Of a stretch of 64,000 nt of DNA, positions 1 through 11,760 are shown piece after piece. The position numbers were made by a program, and so were the translations under genes. Under the pieces are notes generated by a model. It made no database searches and was not told the DNA's origin. It saw only the letters and a program-made list of their open reading frames with translations. Origin of the DNA: Octopus bimaculoides (lineage: Eukaryota); NCBI RefSeq assembly GCF_001194135.2, contig NC_069000.1, positions 18,874,060-18,938,059 on the forward strand. Direction: 5' to 3'. Each line of letters starts with the position of its first letter. The stretch's first letter is position 1.

Positions 1-427
1 ACTGGGGTCAATTTGTTCATCTTAACCCTTCAAGATGCTACTCCAGCATGACTGCAGTCCAATGACTTGTTTCAGTCATTTGACTGCAGCCATGCTGGAA
101 CACCGCCTTTTAGTTGAGCAAATCAATCCCAGGACTTATTCTTTGTAAGCCTAGTACTTATTCTATCGGTCTCTTCTGCCGAACCGCTAAGTTACGGGGA
201 CCTAAACACACCAGCATCATTTGTCAAGTGATGTTGGGGGGACAAACACACATATACATATACATGACGGGCTTCTTTCAGTTTCCGTCTACCAAATCCA
301 CTCACAAGGCTTTGGTCGGCCCGAGGCTATAGTAGAAGACACTTGCCTAAGGTGCCACGCAGTGGGACTGAACCCAGAACCATGTGGTTGGTAAGCAAGC
401 TACTTACTACACAGCCACTCCTGCGCC
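1..427 (-). mobile_element. tRNA-derived SINE, family 1 (octopus-type, central microsatellite)
   Basis: Reverse complement starts GGCGCAGGAGTGGCTGTGTGGTAAG...GGTTCAGTCCC (A/B-box-like tRNA head). The body (gaaactgaaagaagc, gtaacttagcggttcggc, gactgaaac) recurs at 6330, 16270 and 46590. Confidence 0.85.
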
Positions 428-1293
428 TAAAATAATTAGAAAATAAAATGGTTGTGAAAGATATTTAAAAGTGTTAGACACCTGTAATAGATCATGTGAC
501 TGGCAATGTTTTGTGAAACATCAGGAGGTGGCTTTGCTTTGAAGCTAAAGAATAGGAACTTTGGCTTGGATAGTTTGTTCTCGATGGGTTGGTAGATGAT
601 ATAGAGCTTTTTGGTGAGATATACGACCCAAAAATTTAGGTCCATTCCTAAATACCAGTTTTCATTCTATTATTATCCATCTGATGTTCATATTCTTTAT
701 AGAATCCTCTGATTCCAATGCATTTAGACTGCTATGTATTTTTCAAAGAGCCCTTCTGGAATGGTAGTTTCTGACTTTGTTCTCTGTTTGCCCTGTGCAG
801 AAAGTGCTATTGTTGCTAATGACTGGCAATGATGATGATGATGATGACATGCTTGAATGTGTGAAGACAGGATAGTTGCAAAGCAGCCTGTAATTAATAT
901 GTAGAATGACTCTTTTATTGCAATCTTTAGATAAATTAAATTACTAGCTAAATGAGATAAGCAAAATGTACAGAATGAAAATGTCAAAAAGATAACGGAA
1001 AGGATTTTAGCCTTACAGTTATAGCAGTTCATTTCTTTCCATCTTTAATATCTAGTCAAACAGAATTCAATAAGAATTTAACAACAATAAAATCTTCTTA
1101 ACTGACAAATAACATAATTCAACAACTCAGTTTCTCCTCCATCATTTTTAATTTACAAATTTCATTGAAAAACAAACACAAAAGCCAGTCTGGGTTTACA
1201 CGTTTATTCCTGAAGTGAATGTATGCACAAAATAATTGTGGTTTAAATACATACACTCTCAATAGATCTACACATCTAATTATAATAAAACCG

Positions 1294-1299
1294 TTTATT
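1294..1299 (-). promoter_or_regulatory. Candidate polyadenylation signal AATAAA
   Basis: tttatt on the + strand directly after the putative stop; a second copy lies at 1203-1208. Confidence 0.4.
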
Positions 1300-1305
1300 A
1301 AAACT

Positions 1306-1391
1306 TCAGCATGTGGTCAAGATTGTAGCAGTGGTAGGGGTGATACTTGTCACTGCCCGGCTCCTCTCACTTAGATTCTTCTTTTCAGTAT
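1306..1391 (-). CDS. Probable last coding exon of an unidentified minus-strand gene: (D)TEKKNLSERSRAVTSITPTTATILTTC*
   Basis: Acceptor tttgtattttatattgcag, an open frame of 2 nt + 28 codons ending in TGA, AATAAA 6 nt downstream, and non-repeat sequence with higher GC than the flanks. Confidence 0.5.
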
Positions 1392-2907
1392 CTGCAATAT
1401 AAAATACAAATGCAACATGTCAAATGTAAAACACCCCACCCACCCTCACATCCACCCACCCACCCATACATACACTCACACACACACACATATGATTTAT
1501 AAAGGGATATAATTGAGCAAGACATGTTTCGGTTATTTTTACTGCTTCCCTTATGACTACTCAATCGGATGAGTTGATTTCAAAAAATGTCACTGTGAAC
1601 TCCTTTAGCTAGGATTTTGACCGACTTTTTCCTTTCAACTACTAATTATGCTAGTGAGGTAACACTTAAAAAATGCAAACCTGAGTGGGTTGTTTAAGAG
1701 GAGGGAAGAGTGGACGTTTGACAAGTGTGGAGAAGCACATTAATGTAATCACAGTAGAAGTCTAACTGAGTTCTTTTCTATTTAATACAAAACAAAACAA
1801 CCAGCTTAGTACAGTTGATTGTGGCAAACCCATCCTGTGCCTAAGACCGTAACCTGTCTTTAATCTGTGTACAAGTTAAACGGTCTCAGGGTAAGGGGGG
1901 GCGCCATCAAGGGTTGGTAGTTGTGTAGTAGTTATAAAATTCAATGACACAATACATTAAAAAAAAAGACTAAAAGATAATGGAGCTGATGCTGTAGCTG
2001 GTTAGCTAGATGTCCAAAGTAAAATGCCAACAATGAATTGGTCAAATAATTATAGGCCATAGTCAGTGACAAGACAATGGTATGATAAATAAATTTAGTT
2101 GCTCTTAACTTAATTCATATAGAGAACAGTAAAAAAAAAAATTAACTGTAATTATGTAGTGAAGAAAAAAGGTATTAGTCATTGACTAATATTAGTTTAA
2201 TAATTTTGGCAAGTTGGACCATATTTCTGTCCTATTATGGCCTCATCAGCAAAGCACAAATCCTTATGAGTGAGTAAATGTACAGTTGTTGACATAGAAA
2301 AAAATTGTTAGGTATGAAAAATAAAGCACAACATACAACACCCTCATATCCTACCTCAATTCAGTATTACCTAGTTATACACACACACACATTTCACATT
2401 AACCTGATTTTATTTTTTAAACCAATATCATGCAAATAAAATAGATTTGTCATAGTCCAGTTTCAGAAGTGTCAAAATACAAGTATAAGTAAAATAATTT
2501 TGATTATACAAAAGATTAGAATAAAATAAAAAATAAAAAGGAAGATGTGGCTTGTGTAGGAACAAGTAAACATAAACTCAGGATCTTTGTGTGTTAAGAC
2601 CACTGGTGTTTAAGTCAACTGCTCTCAGCTAGCCACTCCTCCTACTATAGTGATATCATTGGAGTAGTTTATAAAACATTAGTCTAATGGACAGGGTAGG
2701 AGGAGAAGCAAGGTTATTCAGTGCAAATTCTTCAGAAATATTGAATAACCCAATCAAGTGTAACTTATAACTACTTTACCCTTTTACTCATAACTAAAGA
2801 AAACCAAGATTGTCATTATAAAAACTCATTGAAATAATTTCAGTGAATGAAAATCATAAATGGTTAAGTTTTATCAATATATAAAATGACAAAACCTCAA
2901 TCATTTC

Positions 2908-2940
<33 letters not shown>

Positions 2941-2946
<6 letters not shown>

Positions 2947-3827
2947 CGTCCACTCGTGACCGAGGAAGACCATTGCCAACCTTCATGAACATTGTGCGCT
3001 CTAGGACTAACTTATATTTTGCATTTGTGGCTCCGTTGGTGGCTAATGAGCCCTGCTCTTGACAAGCATACACGACTGCAAACATTGCAGACCAAGCTTT
3101 CCCCATTCACTATACGAGTTGTGCACTTTCGCGCAGCTTGCTTAAGTTCTTCATGCTGTATATATGCTCTCTCAAAAGTGTCGATCTCCTCTTTAACCTG
3201 CTTCCTCCATCTGTGGCAATGACAGGCATTGTTCTCCCAGTCAGTGTCCTGCATATCACAGGCCTGGACAACACTGTTGTAATGTTCCAGCCGGCACCAG
3301 GAAATCCATATATGGAACCAGCTATCTTGGTTGAAGGAACAATTCTGAAGGTAGTAGACAAGTTTGTCCCTGAGCAGCACACTCAGCTGTTCTTGCTCCC
3401 TGGATGAGGAAATATCTTTCAGGTTGTAGAGAGCAACTAATTCCTTCCAGTCTCTTCAGTCTCGTGTCTGGTCCCAGCATGGCATCGCAAGGCAAACAAA
3501 AGTTGCTGTATACCGTGCACGTGTACTGACATCGCTCCTTTACTCATGTGAGACATGGACCCATTACAAACGTCATGTAAGGGTCCTTGAATGCTTTCAT
3601 CAGAGATGTCTGAGACACATTCTGAATGTTTGCTGGACCTTAAAAACTCCAGACACACAGGTCCCGAGGAAAGCTGATATCTTGAGTATTGAGGCGATGG
3701 TGCACAAGCACCAGTTACGTTGGACTGGACACCTTATTAGAATGAAGGATAGCAGGATTCCTAAGCAGATGCTCTATGGAGAACTTGTGAATGGAAGGAG
3801 ACTCCGACAGAAACTAAGGCTGCAATA
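2941..3827. mobile_element. RTE-clade LINE 3' fragment with 5' inversion
   Basis: About 3290-3827 (+) reads RT C-terminal motifs LLYSCETW, FHQRCLRHIL, QLRWTGHLIRMKDSRIPKQMLYGEL. 2941-3288 (-) reads the continuation RWRKQVKE...CNVCSRVCLSRAGLISHQRSH. Both ends abut (TA)-rich tracts. Confidence 0.85.
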
Positions 3828-4604
3828 TATATACATACACACATACATAATGTTCAAGCACATATAAAAAGATGACATCCGATATCTAATTATTTACCTA
3901 GATGCAAGCAAACACAGACAACAAGCTATTGGGTTTATATAAATAAGTTTGAATTATTTCTGATTGGTTTCTACATAAATAATCTGAAAGCAGTATTTCC
4001 AAAAAGACTAATATGACTTTTCATATTATCAGGTTTAAGTGAATCCAGTGATTAGAGCAATTTCACATTTACAGTTCTATATAGAATTGTGATTCTAAGA
4101 AAAGGATACAGATATCTTCAGTCCTATGGTCAAATGTGGTTCCAAACTAGAAAAGAGAGAGAATGAGAAAAAAATACAATGTTGAAAATATTTTGATAAA
4201 AAAATAGAGAATACTGAAAACTGAAAAAGTTAAATATTTGTATTACTTGGAAAGTTTTACTAATAAAACAATTTGATATTCAAGATAAAAAGAAACAAAA
4301 TAAAAACTGAATAGAGATAATTTTCTGATGAGTTTTGTAATCAAAAGAATTAGGTGGAGGTAGACTCCTAATAGCCTGTCTGTATGAATGTATATATATA
4401 TATTTATCAAAGTATACAATGGTTTTACACAGAGTACTAAAACAAGTGGTATATAACAGCACAGTTAAGTAATACCATGTGCTCTCCAGAGATAGCAAGT
4501 ATGGAAAGAGTGGTGAGTCATGAACTTTTAGTGATGTCATGAATTTTTAGATAATTATGTACACACACACACACACACACACACAGAGAAAGATAAAATA
4601 GATA

Positions 4605-4790
4605 TGTGCAGTAATGCCCACATGGTTTAGAAGTTTGCTTTGAAACTATGCGATTTCTGGTTTGATCCAACTGTATAGCACCTTGGGCAAGTGTCTTCTG
4701 CTTTCGCCTTGAAAATTTGGTAGATGAAAATTAATGCTGAATTCTGTCATGTGTGTATGTGCATGTGTTTGTTTATTTCTGCTGTGTCCG
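4605..4790 (+). mobile_element. Decayed SINE family 1 fragment
   Basis: gcaccttgggcaagtgtcttc...tttggtagatgaaa, matching the 1-427 family. Confidence 0.65.
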
Positions 4791-5570
4791 AGAGTGGTTT
4801 TATGTGTTCTTTACCATTTATGCTGTTTGGGAAGTGGTGACATTTGTTTATGTACCCCTTAAAGAAAACCTCCTTCTTGGCAGTTTTATGAGCGAAGACA
4901 TTAATTGTAAACAAAGTTTAGCATCATGGAAGGCATTCAAGTGTAGAATACTTTACAAGGAGTTTAGTCATCCCAATGGGAAAAGTTGATACACATACAA
5001 TGACAATAATTAAAATGATAATGGTAATTATGTGCGTGCATGTAAACATATTACACACACACACAAATATATAATGAAACTGATGTTAAAAAGATGGTAG
5101 CTATGGAAGCTAGAAGCATAATGTGTATGCACATATCTGGGATTGTGTTCCAGCCAAATCTACATCTGCTGTCCTCTCCTTGTTTATTGCTCATCCCTCC
5201 ACCACCCTTTTATCTACTGTAATTAATAAAAACAATAATTACTACATATCATATCATCACCCTTTCTATACTTCCAGTCATCACTCCCACTTCCCTGAGT
5301 CACTTCCAATTTCCATCCTTCATACTCACCAGTCACTTCCCCACATTCCATCACCATCAACTACTTTCATGCCCTATTTACTTATGACCACTGTCACCCC
5401 TGTCTCTATCTCTCACTCTACCTTCCCCACACACTTTTCTCAATCCTTTTGTCACTATACTCTTTATTGATTTTTTATGAATATTGAAAATAAATGACAC
5501 TGCTTGTGTGACAAACACAACCAGATTCACATGTTCATACATATATATATGGATGTATATTTATTTTTGA

Positions 5571-5650
5571 AGCTCTGATGAAGCTAAAGGATGATACTCA
5601 AGCACTCAACTATGAGTGCATTGCATCTTATAGCAGAAACAGTGATAAGA
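5571..5650 (+). ncRNA. Decayed hammerhead-ribozyme-like motif
   Basis: CTGATGA, an extended stem II (gcta..ggatg / catc..tagc with an inner gcactc/gagtgc hairpin), then GAAACAG. Stems I and III and the cleavage triplet are degenerate. Confidence 0.35.
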
Positions 5651-5760
5651 TAATGAGGTTTATCACACAATTTCTTATTCCTTTGTCATTTACTAGATTT
5701 ATTATTACTGCTCTGTATTTGAATGACACTTTGCTCTGAAGCATATATATATATATATAG

Positions 5761-6240
5761 CTTATGAAGGGTAATGGAGTCAACCAGACCCTAAAGATAC
5801 AGGTACTACCGAGTAAGTGCTGTATACTGACTAGTTTTGCCCCAGATGTGGTTGCAACATGAATGGGGAATATAACATGAATCGTGTATTAGCGTGTGTA
5901 TAAATAAAAAGAATGAGATAAAGAGACCAATGGCATAAGTAAATTTGTATTCTATGTAGAATGTCTTACAGCTGTTTCAGGGAAAATTCAATGTATCCCT
6001 TCATCGGAGACGGTAATAGTAGAAGATAAGGATTATTACATCTGTATGAGGAGATTTGCAGTAAGAAATGAGAGCGATGCGGAGAAGAAAAAACAAAGAA
6101 GAATAAGTACTTGGAGTATAGTTCCATTCCAACAGTAAATATCTATGTATAGAATCCTTGTGGGTATTTTCCAGTGATAATTATAGTTGCATTGGTGGAT
6201 ATATATCATTTCGTATCCAGTTTACTCTGTGCGTTGTTTA
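5761..6240 (-). mobile_element. Probable Penelope-like element pseudo-LTR fragment
   Basis: Carries the minimal palindromic hammerhead typical of PLE pLTRs and starts at a (TA)n tract. No ORF is visible and the boundaries are approximate. Confidence 0.5.
5963..6011 (-). ncRNA. Minimal type I hammerhead ribozyme (Penelope-like-element type)
   Basis: Minus strand GTCT CCGATGA AGGGA-12nt-TCCCT GAAAC AGCT GTA AGAC: 4-bp stem I, 5-bp stem II, palindromic ACAGCTGT helix III, GUA cleavage triplet; the core has U4C. Confidence 0.75.
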
Positions 6241-6329
6241 CTTAAAGGACAGCCCGAAGTGAGTGGAAGATGTATGTAGGATTGTGAGATCAAGCCAAAA
6301 AAGGCTTGATCTCACAATTCTACACACAT

Positions 6330-6895
6330 CTTGGTAGGCAGAAACTGAAAGAAGCCTGTCGTATGTGTGTATGTATATATGGCCGTTGCCAGTACCGCCT
6401 GACTGGCTCCCGTAGGATTTTCGAGCGAGATCGTTGCCAGTGCCCCTGGACTGGCTTGTGCGGGTGGCACATAAAAGACACCATTTCGAGCGTGGCTGTT
6501 TTCGTGCGGATGACACGTAAAAGCACCCACTACACTCTCTGAGTGGTTGGCGTTAGGAAGGGCATCCAGCTGTAGAAACTCTGCCAAATCAGACTGGAGC
6601 CTGGTGTTGCCATCCGGTTTCACCAGTCCTCAGTCAAATCGTCCAACCCATGCTAGCATGGAAAGCGGACGTTAAACGATGATGATGATGATGTATGTAT
6701 ATGTTTGTGTGTCTGTGTCTCCCCAACATTGCTTGAAAACCGATGCTAGTGTGTTTACGTCCCCGTAACTTAGTGGTGCGGCAAAAGAGACCGATAGAAC
6801 AAGTACAAGGCTTACAAAGAATAAGTCCTGGGGTTGATTTGCTTGACTAAAGGTGCTCCAGCATGGTCGCAGTCAAATGACTGAAACAAAAGAAT
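6330..6895 (+). mobile_element. SINE family 1 (5'-truncated), interrupted by a nested insertion
   Basis: ggtaggcagaaactgaaagaagcc, then a microsatellite, then the insert, then gtccccgtaacttag...gactgaaacaaaagaata. Confidence 0.8.
6381..6693 (+). mobile_element. RTE-type 3'-tail element with (GAT)n tail, nested in the SINE microsatellite
   Basis: gcacccactacactct...ggaagggcatccagctgtagaaactctgcc...gttaaacgatgatgat; the same family occurs at 23196, 32318 and 45680. Confidence 0.8.
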
Positions 6896-7099
6896 ACATA
6901 TACCTATAAACACCAACACGTATACATGTGTACACATGTACACACACACACACACACACACACAGAATACAAATATTAAGACAAAGAATGAATACAGTGC
7001 AACTTTATTATTAGTGGCAAATGTTTCTGTACCACTCAATTTCAAAACCCATTGCTTGTAAGTGCTTCCATGTGAAAAAGTTATGTAATATGTGTGGTT

Positions 7100-7960
7100 G
7101 ATTATATCAGAGTGGTACTTCATCATACTAACAACAGGTTGTGCATTTTTACATTGTACATAAAAATAATGAAGGGAGCCAGACTAACTTTTGAGCAAAG
7201 GGAATTTATCTTAAACTGGAAGCTTTTTTCAAACTTCCAGGAGCACTTTGGGATAAATTTCCTTCAAACAGTTGAAGTGCAAAAATGGCTTAGACAGGAG
7301 TTTCAAACAGATCCACCTATGTAGAACCAGATGGAAGTGTTAAGAATGTCCACAAGAAACTTTCTGGAAGACCACAGACATTAATGAGCCCCAAAGAGCA
7401 AGAAAGGGTACTAGAAATGTATTACCAGAGTTCAAGAAAATCTGTGTAGCAAGCTAGTTATGAGATAGGAATTTCAAAATCAAGCCATTTTGAAGTGTCA
7501 TCTTTGAAAAGTTACATTCCAAGAATAGTCCATACTCCCAATGAAGCTGATCCAGACTGAAGATTGGAATTTCATGCATAGCACTTGGTAACATGTGCAG
7601 AAGGTGCACACTTTCCGACAAAGATTGTTTGGAGTAATGAGGCTACATTCAAATTAAATGGCTCCATTAAACCACCACAATTGTATCTACTGGAGACATG
7701 AGCATCTGCATATTATGGAGTAATATCACATTGGAACATTACATTAATTTACCAAGAGTTACAGTATGTGCAGCTTATCCTTAAAAGGATTAACTGGACC
7801 ATTCTTTTTTTATGGTACTATGACAAGTCCCATTTACTTGAACTTGCTGCAACAATCTGTGATGTTATGCATTCAAGAGGATTCTGAAGATATGGAATTT
7901 TTTCTCTCACTTTTAGTTGTTTGTAAAAATGACTTCCTGACAGTGTTGTTTGCTTGCAGT
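7100..7960 (+). mobile_element. Decayed Tc1/mariner-superfamily transposase (resembles DD41D/rosa-type)
   Basis: MKGARLTFEQREFIL..., [21 protein letters not shown] (first catalytic D region), [21 protein letters not shown]; frameshifted. Confidence 0.75.
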
Positions 7961-8555
7961 TCCCCATGAAAGTATGTCCAGGTTTCTTGATGTGTATTGA
8001 AAAAGAGCTCATTTATACAGGGCCATCTGTTTCCAATTCTTTGCATGAAACATGTCTGTTGCTTGAATGGGAGATTATTATTCCACTTGGAAACAAGAAA
8101 GGGTTGGTAACTGGAATTTCATTCAGCAATAAAACTCTGCCCCAATGTACTCTCATCTGATCCATGTAAGCATGGAAAAGTAGCCATTAAAATAATATTT
8201 TACAAATCTCAAATGTCTTGGTTGTCTTTAAAATGAAATGTAAAACAAAGGTGGTCTACTCTTTACTTTTTTTTTAGAATAGCAACCTCATGAAAATTAT
8301 AAAGGAACAATAAGAATTTCTCAAGAATCTATGTAATTACTAAAAAACAATGCAATTGTTGGCTCACCTCATTAATCAGAACAACTTACAACAATGATAT
8401 TTTCAATGCCATTGGTTTCATGTATGAAAAAATATATAAACAATTCTTGCATTACTCTCCTATACTAGAATCCACATAGCTAACACCCATTCCACTAAAC
8501 ATTACCCCTATTACTACCTTAAAATCTACTTTCTATGTTAACCTTCCTGTGGTTC

Positions 8556-8598
<43 letters not shown>

Positions 8599-9577
8599 GC
8601 ATACATAAACATATATCCACAAACACCTTTTAATAATACTACCTCTGAGAATTTCTAAATATATGTCTAACTCATTTATTTTGATATACATACAAAAGTT
8701 TCTACCAGTTGTGAGGTCAATAGTAGCAAAAGGAATGTATATACAAGTATACAAAATATGAATGTAAAACTAAAAACTAAATACATATCAACACTATTTA
8801 ATAATTAATAGTTGCTTTAAGATGAAATTTGTTTAGACAATAAAAAGAAAAATAGGAGCCATAATAGATCATGTAATAATTTAATGTTAGTATGTGTGAC
8901 AATTGTAACCTAAAACACATTTTACACAGCAACACACCTCTCATAACCAAAATTACTGATGATACAATATGAAGAAGGACAGTTCCTCTTTTCTTGTCTA
9001 CAGACATTGCCATTGTAGGTGACTCTAAATTTTCTTTGACTTATCTTTGATCTTCCAATTCACAGTATTCCTTCCCTTATTTAAATTCCATTTCAGTTTA
9101 CAAAGAGAACAGAAAATCACATCTGTCTTTCAAGATGGAAGCATTCAATGAATGTAATTAACTTTAAAATTCCAGCTAATGAATTAGGTTCAGCAAGCAT
9201 AACTCCATGAGCTTTGATTACAAGATATTAAACAAATGAGAGAAATACTATTCCAGACAGAATGTTAGGGTATCTCAGATATCAAAATATGACAGCATCT
9301 ACCATCTATTCCAAGTAACATGCCCCACTGAGGAATGCACAAATTAAATATCCTGTTCAAATGTGTAATAAAAAATCTGCAATAGATTCAAGAATGAGCT
9401 GGGAGCTCCAATATGGTAACAACTGGTGGTAATTTGGTGAGGATCATATTTTAATTAGTTCTCATAGAGACATTCAACTATGAAGTGAGAAGGAGTAAAA
9501 ACTGTTTATCAGCAAACAAATTGAGAAAATCCAATGTTTAATGTATACTATATGTCTTACGTGTTCTGGGTAAATTC

Positions 9578-9778
9578 TTTTTATTTGTATTTTTATTGTT
9601 CTGGAATCTATACACATACAGAGTTGATTGAAAACTTGTTAACTATTAAATGTACATGTCATTCTAAAAAGTATATTTATATAAGTAACATGTCAACATT
9701 ATCTTTACAACATAAATTTAAGACTGGTTCTCAACGCTACAGATGTACAATGCCCGTGAAGTTACCATGCTGAAATAT
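9578..9778 (+). repeat. Diverged ~200-bp direct repeat, copy 1 (copy 2 at 10580-10777)
   Basis: Shared blocks ctattaaatgtacatgtc, catgtcaacattat, aaatttaagactggtt, gctacagatgtacaatgcc. Confidence 0.8.
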
Positions 9779-10579
9779 TGAGTCATATGTAAGATATATT
9801 ATCTACATCAATCAATTGACCAGGTTTAACTTGAAATTGAATGGAGAATCTGCAAGAAATGCAGAACCATTCTAGTTACATGCAGAGGTCAAGTCATGAA
9901 CATATATGGTAGAAGTTATGTATAATTTATAATATTTTATCTTCACAATAATTTAGTATCTAAACATATCTTCATCCCAGTCATAACAATCTTGTTCAAA
10001 GATTTTTAATTTCGTACTAAATGTGGATGAATAAATTTCCTTTTCATGTATGAATATTTGCATGAGATGATGGAACCTGTATGTTCTATATTTTAATCAA
10101 ATCAGAGCAATGTGCATTGTTTATATTTTGGAACTCATAGTTTTGTGTTTAATATTTGAGCATCTTAATTTGCTTAGGCCATAATTACAGTTTACGAGAC
10201 ATTTGAGACTTGAGGCTTGACCACATTCCTATATAGCAAAAAGTGGTTAACTTTATTAAAAGCCATTCAAACAAAAAATAGGTAAGTCAGTGCAGAATTA
10301 ATCTGTTTAAAAATGCCTACTTGTAGACAAATACTATTTCATATGTTGTTTTGAGTATTTATTTCCAATTTTTCAACCTTGAAGTGCAACTTACCACAAC
10401 TAAGCACCTCCAGAAGAAAAGACACAGATGAATTTTGTTTAAAATTGATCAGTTATTGCATTTTTATAAGATTTTGATGAAAATCCATGGAAATTCAAAT
10501 GTATATCAAAAAATTACTTCAAGTCAATTGAAAAAATAAATTTCAAGTAAAAAATGATAGTGATATATCAGCTTTTTTT

Positions 10580-10777
10580 ATTTATTTATATTTTTATTGT
10601 TTTGGAACCTATACACAAGCAAAGTTAATTGAAACCCTGTTAGCTATTAAATGTACATGTCTTTATAAGAAATATATTCTTATAAGTATACATGTCAACA
10701 TTATTTTTGTAACACAAATTTAAGACTGGTTTTCAAAGCTACAGATGTACAATGCCTGTAAGGTTATCACACTGATG
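10580..10777 (+). repeat. Diverged ~200-bp direct repeat, copy 2
   Basis: Collinear with 9578-9778. Confidence 0.8.
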
Positions 10778-11014
10778 TGATATTAGTATTAGGTTCCCAG
10801 ATTGCCTATTCCAGATGATATTGTCAATTTTTAAGTGTTTCTATTCAGTAGTTTCTACTGAATGAAAACTGCTGGGTATACCTCAATTTCAAATACTAAT
10901 TATCTCTTTTTGCTGACAGCTGAAAGGCTTAACCTCACAATAGTTGTAATACATGGCAAAAGGAGCTATATCTAAATGCTGTTCTACAGTATCATCTCTT
11001 CATCCAGAACATAC

Positions 11015-11092
11015 TGGGACATATTAAGGAAACTGGTATAACTGTATCTCAATTTTGTTAAATAATTATGCATGTACACACGATCACCTTGT
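11015..11092 (-). CDS. Candidate 78-nt internal exon (QGDRVYMHNYLTKLRYSYTSFLNMS)
   Basis: Acceptor tttcttgtttttgttgtag, donor gtatgt, symmetric phase 2-2, open frame. No homology recognised. Confidence 0.3.
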
Positions 11093-11160
11093 CTACAACA
11101 AAAACAAGAAAGTATGATTCGTCAAGTGATAGGGGATGACTGAGATAGTACAAAGATGAA

Positions 11161-11365
11161 TTAAATGCATTATGGACCAAAATATTTCATGGCTAAAAGC
11201 ATTGTGAATCGAATACTTCACAGAGTAAAAGCTTTATGGACCAAAATACGTCACAGATTAGATGTCTTATGGACCAACTACTGTACAGACCAGATGCTTT
11301 ATGGAGTAAAGTATTTCACAGATTAGATGGTATGTGGACCCAGTACTTTATACATTAGTTGATTT
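11161..11365 (+). repeat. Degenerate 32-33 bp minisatellite (about 6 units)
   Basis: Repeated gatgctttatggaccaaaatatttcacagatta-like unit. Confidence 0.8.
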
Positions 11366-11569
11366 ATAGTCAATATCTTAATGCTAAAATTTTTTGTTAC
11401 AAATTCTGTTTTCCAATGCATGTTAATCATTTTTAGATGCATTGGGGAACCTTAATACAAAGAAGAGAGCAGAATTTGAAAAAAACTTCAGATATGCAAA
11501 GTGAGACATAAATTGATCCTAGTACTATATAGAATAATTCGCAAGTGAAATAATTACTTTTGATATTTC

Positions 11570-11760
11570 TAAGAAATTCTGGCAAAATTGTTAGCATGCT
11601 GGGCAAAATGCTTAGTGGCCTTTTGTCTATCTTTACCTACTGAGTTCAAATTCTGCCGGGGTCAACTTTGCCTTTCATCCTTTTCGGGTTGACAAAATAA
11701 GTACCAGTTGAGCACTGGGATTGATGTAATTGACTTACTCGCAGCCAAGATTTGAAACCA
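11570..11760 (+). mobile_element. tRNA-derived SINE family 2
   Basis: ggcaaaattgttagc...ctgagttcaaattctgcc...ctttgcctttcatcc...aagtaccagttgagcactgg; recurs many times in the window. Confidence 0.8.

Noticed and set aside
724-1032. His-tract protein ORF
   Set aside because: The poly-His comes from a (GAT)n microsatellite; no supporting splice or homology evidence.
4325-4352. CTGATGA followed by a small hairpin
   Set aside because: GAAA is replaced by GAAT and there are no stems I or III.
11161-11365. CRISPR-like array
   Set aside because: Eukaryotic context, no unique spacers, degenerate tandem units.
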